Below are positions 1 through 5,973 of a DNA stretch of 29,770 bases, in pieces. Position numbers and translations under genes: made by a program. This stretch comes from a virus (lineage: Duplodnaviria > Caudoviricetes): the IMG/VR virus record IMGVR_UViG_3300042348_000043, positions 1-29,770 of that record. One strand, 5' to 3'. Each line of letters begins with the position of its first letter. The first letter of the stretch is position 1. Under the pieces are notes generated by a model. It made no database searches, was not told the DNA's origin, and saw nothing but the letters and a program-made list of their open reading frames with translations.

Positions 1-649
1 ATGGCCATCGCTGCTGCATTGACTCATATACTTCTGCCATTCTTCCCTTGATGTCAACAAGTAGCAGGGTTGCGTACTCTTGATCCAACTTGAAACCATT
101 TCGTTCCTGCTCCGCAATGATGGCTGCAACCTTGTGCTCAAGGTCAACAGACTCTTGACTGAACTCCTTGCGGGTGACTTCCTCTGTCAGCCTACGGTAC
201 AGCAGCTCAGTGACTTCTACGTCTGCCGTACAGTATTCCACCAGAAGGTCAGGGAAAGGATTGTCAAAGCATTCACCCTTGTAAGCCTGCTGCCGTCCAG
301 CAAGTTCTTCCCAGCGTGTAGCGTAGTCAATCTTTTCCTTCCCGAGTGTCTTCCCCCATGCCTCCAGGCTGTGTCCTTGCTCTCGACTCGGATCGAGCAG
401 CCTTGACACTATTAGAGTATCGTAGCATTGGCTCAAACGAATCCTCGTCTGCCAAGTACGATTTAGGATCGGTGCATCGAACGCCAGAATGTTTTGGCCG
501 ATTATTAACGTAGCGTCCTTTAAATACGCCCCGAGGGTCGCGGCTTCCTTCCATGTCTTTATCTCTTTACTGTCAATGTCTTTAGTGATTACCAAGTGAA
601 TCGTACGGTGATCCGTCGATGTTTCGATGTCCAGCACTAGCCTTTTCAT
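1..649 (-). CDS. Family A (T7-like) DNA polymerase, N-terminal 3'-5' exonuclease portion; runs off the left edge
   Basis: Not in the ORF track. Manual translation from ATG at 649 gives MKRLVLDIETSTDH...IIGQNILAFDAPIL...DTLIVSRL...HSLEAWG...EYCTADVEVT...LEHKVAAII...NGFKLD, containing ExoI (DIE), ExoII (N..FD) and ExoIII (YC..DV) motifs. Open to the window edge. Confidence 0.93.
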   Translation of the reverse strand, partial: MKRLVLDIETSTDHRTIHLVITKDIDSKEIKTWKEAATLGAYLKDATLIIGQNILAFDAPILNRTWQTRIRLSQCYDTLIVSRLLDPSREQGHSLEAWGKTLGKEKIDYATRWEELAGRQQAYKGECFDNPFPDLLVEYCTADVEVTELLYRRLTEEVTRKEFSQESVDLEHKVAAIIAEQERNGFKLDQEYATLLLVDIKGRMAEVYESMQQRWP

Positions 650-764
650 ATCTGGCTTTCAGTTCTTCATACTCGTGGATTAGACTCTGGTGATTCCTTA
701 GTAGCTCGTCATACTTCCCCTCCAGTTCCCACACCCGAGCCACGAGTGATTCTATGTCCATCAT
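582..764 (-). CDS. Small coiled-coil protein (60 aa)
   Basis: ATG overlaps the primase-helicase stop (ATGA), with GAGG upstream. Heptad pattern over the first ~40 aa. The last 68 nt overlap the polymerase start. Confidence 0.65.
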   Translation of the reverse strand: MMDIESLVARVWELEGKYDELLRNHQSLIHEYEELKARYEKASAGHRNIDGSPYDSLGNH

Positions 765-2344
765 AATGTTTCCTCAACCTCAAGCATTCTGCCTGTGTAA
801 GTGTCAAACAACAAGTGACACGCAGGGCCGGTGTAGCCATTGTACCTGTTCTTGGCCACCGAAACCTTTGTCGTGTGCCTGTCATTGTGATCCTCTGCCA
901 TGCTGTTGCGCTCCAGTGTAATCACTGCATCCGACAACTGAGCGATGGCCCCTGATCCCCGTAACTGAGACAACGACACTGCCTGTCCATCCTCGTGTCC
1001 TGCATTGCCCGTGGGCCTGCGAAGGTGAGACACACAGAATAGCGTAATCCCAAGTTCCTGTACCAGTGTCCGTAGCTTAGTCATCAGGTTGTCAATGGCC
1101 TTACGCTCGTCTCCTAAGTCCTGCCCTGACACCACGATACTGATGTGATCCAGGAACACAACCTTACAGTCCAAAGCCTTGGCCATATACCGGATACGGT
1201 TGAGCACATTCTCAATCTCCAGCGATCCGAAGTGGTCGAACAGGAACACCCTACCAGTTCCCAGAGTCGCATCGAAGGCATCCTTCAGTTCTTCGCCGGT
1301 CACTGGAGTATCTGGCAAGTGCAGCATCTTGTTAGCGTGTACTGACATGATGCTTCGTGCTGTCTTGCGTACAGACTCTTCCAGGAACATAGCTCCGATC
1401 TTCCAGTCCGTGGTCTTCAGCAGACCGTACAGGATTTCCCGCAGGAACTGACTCTTACCCAAGCCTGACCCGGCTGTGACGGTAATCAGTTCAGCGTCAC
1501 GGATGCCATACAGCAGCTTGTTCAGTCCTTTCCACGGGTAATGCGCCTTAGCAGGCTGCTCGGGAGTGCTAACAGAGTCCCACAAATCAGCCGAGTTAAC
1601 GATACCGTCCGGTACATAGACTTCTGCTTTCCACCACTCTGAAACAAATTCCTTAGTCGCGCCAGCAATGAGGTAGTCACAAGCATCTTTGAACCCCGAC
1701 AGATGTTTTACGATCTTCGCTTTAGGCCCAAACAACTCAGCCACTTCTTTGGCTGCCTTGCGTCCAGGCTCATCAGCATCAAAGCAGATTACAATGTTCT
1801 CGAAACTGTCCAGCCACTCAAACTGTGTCTTACAGTCCTTCAGGGCTGCGTTAGCACCGTTACGGATAGACACAACAGGCCACTGACTCCCGGTAAGTTG
1901 GTAAGCAGCAAGGGCATCCAGTTCGCCTTCGACCAAAGTAACATACTTACCCCCTTGATGGAACAGGTTTTGACCAAACAACTTAGCCTGCTGGAAGTCT
2001 CCACGGATGGAGAACTTCTTCTCTTCTACATTCCTGACCTTGTAAGCGACGATGGCAGAATCATTGTCAAGATACGGGTAATAATGGTTTGAATCATCTT
2101 GCAGGACTCCGAACTTTTCACAGGTTTGTCGATTGATACCACGCTCAGGGATGCCCCTGACAGTGCCGCTAACGCTCAGGCTCTTAGCCTTGGGCGGTTT
2201 CGGTGCTTGTTGAGTGTCTTCCACGCTTACCCTCGTAGTGTTACAAGCGAAGCAGTGAGTGTGCCCGTCATCGTACAGAGCATTCGCGTCTGAACTGCCG
2301 CAGGACTCACAGGCAACATGCTTCACGAACTTAGATTCTGTCAA
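761..2344 (-). CDS. T7 gp4-like DNA primase-helicase
   Basis: Zn finger CESC...CFAC, TOPRIM EGELD and FDAD, Walker A AGSGLGKS, FLDHI, SHLRR, LRGSG, KNR. Start placed at TTG 2344 (GGAG 8 nt upstream; TTGA overlap with the preceding gene) instead of 2377. Confidence 0.96.
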   Translation of the reverse strand: MTESKFVKHVACESCGSSDANALYDDGHTHCFACNTTRVSVEDTQQAPKPPKAKSLSVSGTVRGIPERGINRQTCEKFGVLQDDSNHYYPYLDNDSAIVAYKVRNVEEKKFSIRGDFQQAKLFGQNLFHQGGKYVTLVEGELDALAAYQLTGSQWPVVSIRNGANAALKDCKTQFEWLDSFENIVICFDADEPGRKAAKEVAELFGPKAKIVKHLSGFKDACDYLIAGATKEFVSEWWKAEVYVPDGIVNSADLWDSVSTPEQPAKAHYPWKGLNKLLYGIRDAELITVTAGSGLGKSQFLREILYGLLKTTDWKIGAMFLEESVRKTARSIMSVHANKMLHLPDTPVTGEELKDAFDATLGTGRVFLFDHFGSLEIENVLNRIRYMAKALDCKVVFLDHISIVVSGQDLGDERKAIDNLMTKLRTLVQELGITLFCVSHLRRPTGNAGHEDGQAVSLSQLRGSGAIAQLSDAVITLERNSMAEDHNDRHTTKVSVAKNRYNGYTGPACHLLFDTYTGRMLEVEETL

Positions 2345-2484
2345 GATTTCTTCTCCACAGGAACAGCCAAAAGCCAATTAGAACCCAACATTCTAACAGA
2401 TTTCACCCATTTTCGCATGTTTGCACGGTTTAATTCCACGCTGGCGTCAGGGTTATTCCACAGCTTGCGTGCCTTGATGAGCAT
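2341..2484 (-). CDS. Hypothetical basic protein (47 aa, MLIKARKLWNNPDASVELNRANMRKWVKSVRMLGSNWLLAVPVEKKS)
   Basis: Below the track cutoff. Fills the gap exactly, starting 1 nt after the upstream stop, with its stop overlapping the primase start. Confidence 0.75.
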   Translation of the reverse strand: MLIKARKLWNNPDASVELNRANMRKWVKSVRMLGSNWLLAVPVEKKS

Positions 2485-2485
2485 T

Positions 2486-2686
2486 TTAATATTCATTCTG
2501 CACCTCTGCTGCTTTCTCGTCTGCTTCGTCTTCCAGGCGTTGCAGTGCCTTGGCGTTCAGGCTGTCCACAGGAAATTCCTTGTCGTCAATGGCCAGAGAC
2601 AGGATAGAGGCTCGGTAGTTCCGGTGAATCTTAGCCTCAACCGTCACCAAACAGTCGCCCATGTAGGTTTCAAAGATAAAAGTCAC
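2486..2686 (-). CDS. Hypothetical protein (66 aa)
   Basis: GTG start overlaps the upstream TGA; AGGA SD; lies in a tightly packed operon. Confidence 0.75.
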   Translation of the reverse strand: MTFIFETYMGDCLVTVEAKIHRNYRASILSLAIDDKEFPVDSLNAKALQRLEDEADEKAAEVQNEY

Positions 2687-2826
2687 GATGCCATCCTATA
2701 GAGTCCAATGTTAGCGAATGCGTAGCCAATGTAACAGACAAACATAGGCGTATTGCCTTTGTATAGCTGCTCCAGGGCTACGCCGAGGTAGATCAAGCCC
2801 GTTACAGCGATCAGCCATGCACTCAT
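2683..2826 (-). CDS. Small membrane protein (47 aa, MSAWLIAVTGLIYLGVALEQLYKGNTPMFVCYIGYAFANIGLYRMAS)
   Basis: Below the track cutoff. GGAGG SD, ATGA and GTGA overlaps on both sides, two hydrophobic segments. Confidence 0.8.
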   Translation of the reverse strand: MSAWLIAVTGLIYLGVALEQLYKGNTPMFVCYIGYAFANIGLYRMAS

Positions 2827-3065
2827 TGTATCACCTCCGCATCCCTGCAAGCGATCCAGTTGCGTGCGCTGTATTGGTCACGCTCACGAACCCAAAAGAC
2901 AGCCTCATCAGGGTCAAACCACACCACATCGAACTGCTCACCGATGTGTTGACTGTACCAAAACAGACCATCGGAACAGCCTTTGACTTGAATCTTGATT
3001 ACTTTTCGATCAGACATGATAAGACCACCACAAGAACAGTTGACAATAAGACGATCATCGATCAT
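2823..3065 (-). CDS. Hypothetical protein, beta-rich (true start may be MSDRK near 3017)
   Basis: ORF track; coupled to neighbouring genes; no recognisable family. Confidence 0.7.
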   Translation of the reverse strand: MIDDRLIVNCSCGGLIMSDRKVIKIQVKGCSDGLFWYSQHIGEQFDVVWFDPDEAVFWVRERDQYSARNWIACRDAEVIQ

Positions 3066-3249
3066 CGTCCCACTCAGACATCACACGGTTTATGTCTTTC
3101 ATCACGACATCAAACCCATAAAGACGCATCAAGTCGACAATGGCATGGACAGTACCAAAGTAGTAGCATTCTTCCTGGAATGCTTGATTGTCACCTAGAG
3201 ACCTCAGATATTCCCCTTCCAGGGTGCTCAGATCGTCATCAATGTGCAT
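3055..3249 (-). CDS. Hypothetical acidic protein (64 aa)
   Basis: AAGAGGA SD; first gene downstream of the 3356-3384 promoter. Confidence 0.8.
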   Translation of the reverse strand: MHIDDDLSTLEGEYLRSLGDNQAFQEECYYFGTVHAIVDLMRLYGFDVVMKDINRVMSEWDDDR

Positions 3250-3284
3250 GATGTCCTCTTAAAAGTTAACATTAAAGGTTATTT

Positions 3285-3325
3285 TACATTATAAGTCTAC
3301 TATTAATAGTCTACTTATAATATTA
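3285..3325. repeat. AT-rich interrupted palindrome ATTATAAGT-CT-ACTATTAATAGT-CT-ACTTATAAT
   Basis: Read directly from the sequence; its arms are shared with 6024-6048. Confidence 0.85.
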
Positions 3326-3562
3326 GTCTTTTATGTTGTCTTCCCTATACAGATCATTATAGACTACAACTTCGTCCGTGTCAACAGGTTCTTCGATGTC
3401 CACACAGTTCGCAAGGTCTTCCCTTGTCGTGACAGGCACATCGGCCATTGTGGACACCTCAGCGAAACACCCATTGCACAGGTCAAGGTAAGCCCCTGTG
3501 AGGGCATGCTTGCGGGTTGACTCATAATCGTTCAGGTTCTTATTGCAGCACTGACAGCGCAT
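3323..3562 (-). CDS. Putative zinc-finger protein (CxCC...CxxC, acidic tail)
   Basis: MRCQCC...DLCNGC; GAAAGGA SD. Confidence 0.8.
   Translation of the reverse strand: MRCQCCNKNLNDYESTRKHALTGAYLDLCNGCFAEVSTMADVPVTTREDLANCVDIEEPVDTDEVVVYNDLYREDNIKD
3356..3384 (-). promoter_or_regulatory. Perfect sigma70 promoter for the replication genes, inside a CDS
   Basis: Minus strand TTGACA-cggacgaagttgtagtc(17)-TATAAT. Confidence 0.88.
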
Positions 3563-3587
3563 GTTAATCCTTTCAAGTGTTGTTTAT

Positions 3588-3803
3588 TTACAACAGTGCA
3601 TCTGACCACTTAGGGTTTACCCTAGGTTGTCTTGGATGCTTAACTGGTTCCAGCGGTTGACCTTTGAAGGTCGGAAAAGGCCAGTGTTTAAGCAATGAAC
3701 AACGCTTCAGGCTACCTTGGTATTCCCCGACCCACGATAGCGCCTCTACGGGCCTTTTAAGGGCTTTCCTGACCCCTTCCTTGCCTAGATTGTTCTTAGC
3801 CAT
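3588..3803 (-). CDS. Hypothetical basic, Pro-rich protein with a WPFP motif (start uncertain)
   Basis: ORF track; GAGGAG upstream of the ATG; fills a gap in the early operon. Confidence 0.55.
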   Translation of the reverse strand: MAKNNLGKEGVRKALKRPVEALSWVGEYQGSLKRCSLLKHWPFPTFKGQPLEPVKHPRQPRVNPKWSDALL

Positions 3804-3970
3804 TGTCTAGACTCCTCAATTGCATCCTCTTCCAAGCCCTCGAATGTTCGGGATTGTAGGGTTTCTCCAGTGTCATAGTCTATTAGTTCTAGCTCATAAA
3901 AGCCAGGATTGTGGACTAGCCAAACGTGCACCACCTTGTCGAAGGTGCCGACAGAATAGATGAACTCCAT
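3785..3970 (-). CDS. Hypothetical acidic protein (61 aa)
   Basis: GAAAGG SD; starts 1 nt after the upstream stop. Confidence 0.75.
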   Translation of the reverse strand: MEFIYSVGTFDKVVHVWLVHNPGFYELELIDYDTGETLQSRTFEGLEEDAIEESRQWLRTI

Positions 3971-3971
3971 G

Positions 3972-4121
3972 TTAGCCTTTCATTTTCACAATGTGAAACA
4001 GTCCCATCGGCTCACCATTGGCGTCAGGGTGATCATTCCACAATGCCCACAGTTTACATTGTGTACGGTCACTGTTGCGGTATGCAACAATGCCAGTTGA
4101 CTTAAAAACAACAGCATACAT
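3972..4121 (-). CDS. Hypothetical protein (49 aa, MYAVVFKSTGIVAYRN...HIVKMKG)
   Basis: Below the track cutoff; GGAGG SD; abuts both neighbours. Confidence 0.7.
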   Translation of the reverse strand: MYAVVFKSTGIVAYRNSDRTQCKLWALWNDHPDANGEPMGLFHIVKMKG

Positions 4122-4220
4122 TTAGAACCCTCCAGCAAGCAAGACACCCAACCCAGCGAAGACAATCACCAGGGCGATAGCGTCAACGATAGTTGACCCG
4201 AAGACAGTTGACTTTTGCAT
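4122..4220 (-). CDS. Single-pass membrane peptide (32 aa, MQKSTVFGSTIVDAIALVIVFAGLGVLLAGGF)
   Basis: Below the track cutoff; GAAAGG SD; hydrophobic C-terminal helix. Confidence 0.7.
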   Translation of the reverse strand: MQKSTVFGSTIVDAIALVIVFAGLGVLLAGGF

Positions 4221-4223
4221 GGT

Positions 4224-4871
4224 TTAACCTTTCACAATCTTAATGACTTTGGCCATTTTGACACCGTGGGCAGGGTACGCGATAACGTCCACTGTCTTAT
4301 CATAGCATGCGCGACAGCCGGAACACTTGCCAGCATTCTCATAGGCGCGACAGAGTGTAACACCATCAGGCAGGGTGTTAGCATCGGGCACGATAACGGA
4401 ACCATGCAAGCCAGGGATGAAATCACCCGTGACACTGTCCGAAGAAAATCGAACCATGACATTGGGCAGCGCTTGCATCTCAGACAAAACCATTTGAAAT
4501 TTAGGGAATTTATGCATGCGAGTCGGTAGCCAATGCTTGACCCACGGCGTGCGCTTCATAACCTCTAGAATCTTTTCGGCAAGCCCTAGCGTGTACATGT
4601 CACCCGAATCAAACCATCGGAAATATCTGTCAGAGTCTAGGGCCTTGACCATATCGTCAACCCACTCTAGGCGCTGCCAATCTTCCCGATTCTCAATCCG
4701 TGGCGCTTTGACATTCGGGTACCTGTAGTTGCCCGTGGTAGCGTAGCATCCCTTGCATGCGTCAACTAGTACGCCAGGAGACGCAAGGGAACCAGGGCAA
4801 GTGTCCAGGGCTTGCAGTGACCACGAACGAATTCCGTCAAGTTTGGATGTCACACTGATACGGATTGCCAT
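4224..4871 (-). CDS. Gp88-like Cys-rich protein, possibly radical-SAM-like Fe-S binding
   Basis: TCPGS...CKGCYA, FRWFDSGD, HWLPTR, VRFS and C-terminal C...CSGCRAC match my recollection of the phage 'gene product 88' family; AGAGGA SD. Confidence 0.7.
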   Translation of the reverse strand: MAIRISVTSKLDGIRSWSLQALDTCPGSLASPGVLVDACKGCYATTGNYRYPNVKAPRIENREDWQRLEWVDDMVKALDSDRYFRWFDSGDMYTLGLAEKILEVMKRTPWVKHWLPTRMHKFPKFQMVLSEMQALPNVMVRFSSDSVTGDFIPGLHGSVIVPDANTLPDGVTLCRAYENAGKCSGCRACYDKTVDVIAYPAHGVKMAKVIKIVKG

Positions 4872-4928
4872 GTTGTCCTCTGTAGGTTGATGATGTACGG
4901 ATTGTGTCTGTGTTGTCTTACGTCTTGC

Positions 4929-5135
4929 TTACACTCGCTGAGACAGTGGCAGACCGTCAAGGCCTGAACGTGTCAGGATGTGGTCGTGCAGCTTAACCAG
5001 TGCTTTCTGCACTGCGTCACGCTCTGCATCGGTCAGACTCCCGAGGTCGTTGGTAGTTCCGTGGAATGCGTTGCGAATCCAATCAAGGGCGATCTCATGG
5101 GCGAATTCGCGTGGTGTGAGGTTGGCGATCTTCAT
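4929..5135 (-). CDS. Hypothetical early protein (68 aa, helical)
   Basis: CAGGAG SD; ORF track. Confidence 0.8.
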   Translation of the reverse strand: MKIANLTPREFAHEIALDWIRNAFHGTTNDLGSLTDAERDAVQKALVKLHDHILTRSGLDGLPLSQRV

Positions 5136-5151
5136 GGTGTGCTCCTGGTGT

Positions 5152-5355
5152 TTACAGTGTGTTGACGATGCTGGTGAATTTATAGGCCTTGTGGGCTTCG
5201 ATTGTGGCGCGTGGCGTGCCTAGTATGTCCGCGACCTGATCGGCGCTCCTGAGGGCTTTAAGGGCCGCTGCGCGGGTACTAAACAGTTCATTGTTGACCA
5301 CATAGACTGTGGCGTTGTCGTTGATCATCTTTATGAGGGTGTCACGCTGGATCAT
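5152..5355 (-). CDS. First gene of the early arm, hypothetical (67 aa)
   Basis: CAGGAG SD; ORF track. Confidence 0.8.
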   Translation of the reverse strand: MIQRDTLIKMINDNATVYVVNNELFSTRAAALKALRSADQVADILGTPRATIEAHKAYKFTSIVNTL

Positions 5356-5407
5356 CTTGCGCTCCTGTTAAGTGCTCACAAAATCGTGTGCTCTTACCCT
5401 ATATGCA

Positions 5408-5424
5408 TAATAGAATCGTGCCAG
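5408..5424 (-). promoter_or_regulatory. Sigma54 -24 box with a non-canonical -12 (CTGGCACG-ATTC-TATTA)
   Basis: The -24 element matches consensus exactly; -12 reads TATTA instead of TTGCW. It could also be read as a sigma70-like CTTACA-N16-TATTAT. Confidence 0.5.
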
Positions 5425-5430
5425 TTCTTG

Positions 5431-5443
5431 TAAGTGCTTGATT
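5431..5443 (-). promoter_or_regulatory. IHF binding site
   Basis: Minus strand AATCAA-GCAC-TTA is an exact match to WATCAANNNNTTR. Confidence 0.7.
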
Positions 5444-5488
5444 CTATTGGCATAGAGATTACCCTTATAGGGTTTACCCTGATAATAA

Positions 5489-5528
5489 TGCACAAGATTG
5501 GTGCACAGAAATGCACTTGATTGGTGCG
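5489..5528. promoter_or_regulatory. Tandem NtrC-like enhancer sites
   Basis: TGCACAAGATTGGTGCA (5489-5505) and TGCACTTGATTGGTGCG (5512-5528) versus the NtrC consensus TGCACCA-N3-TGGTGCA; 23-bp spacing. Confidence 0.7.
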
Positions 5529-5611
5529 CTGATGGTGACGCTATAGGACGCTGGAGGCACCTCCATCGCCTCTCACGTCCTGCTAATGCAAACGCATTCT
5601 CAATAGACTTC

Positions 5612-5640
5612 ATCAGTACACTGACGATCAGTACGCTGAC
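5612..5640. repeat. Tandem pair of palindromes ATCAGTACACTGAC / ATCAGTACGCTGAC
   Basis: 13/14 identical, 15-bp period, each with TCAGT-NN-(A/G)CTGA dyad symmetry. Confidence 0.8.
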
Positions 5641-5647
5641 AAGACCA

Positions 5648-5664
5648 TGCAAGATCCGTGCCAG
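5648..5664 (-). promoter_or_regulatory. Consensus sigma54 (RpoN) -24/-12 promoter
   Basis: Minus strand CTGGCACG-GATC-TTGCA is an exact match to YTGGCACG-N4-TTGCW and points at the early genes. Confidence 0.8.
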
Positions 5665-5916
5665 CCTATGAAGGTACCGGGGGAGGGGTCAGGCTCTATG
5701 AGTTTATTTTGGTGGAGCCTCTAGCGTTCACAAAAGAGTAAAAATAGACCTAAAGAAATAAGGGACAGAGTCGTCATGTAAGACACTGTAAGTGATTGTC
5801 AGCGTTAGAAAAATGGGGACAGAGTCAAAAGAGACGATGACGGAACACGGACACCCTGGAAGGGAGACGTTAGAGGGAGCAAATGAAAGAATTTTAACAA
5901 AAAGACAAGAAAAGAC

Positions 5917-5945
5917 TTGACAAACAGACAAAGTTGTGTTATAAT
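5917..5945 (+). promoter_or_regulatory. Perfect sigma70 promoter (extended -10) for the packaging genes
   Basis: TTGACA-aacagacaaagttgtgt(17)-TATAAT, with TGn before the -10. Confidence 0.92.
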
Positions 5946-5973
5946 AGTACTATGATGTAAGCAAAGAAGGACT

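Noticed and set aside
80-554. Track ORFs 80-406 (+) and 327-554 (-)
   Set aside because: Both overlap the real DNA polymerase frame (649 to the left edge).
5368-5652. 94-aa minus-strand ORF across the early control region
   Set aside because: Starts inside the sigma54 box, has no SD, and the sequence is better explained by DNA motifs.
5788-5801. Second IHF-like site (TGACAATCACTTA on the minus strand)
   Set aside because: Two mismatches in the WATCAA core; too weak to call.
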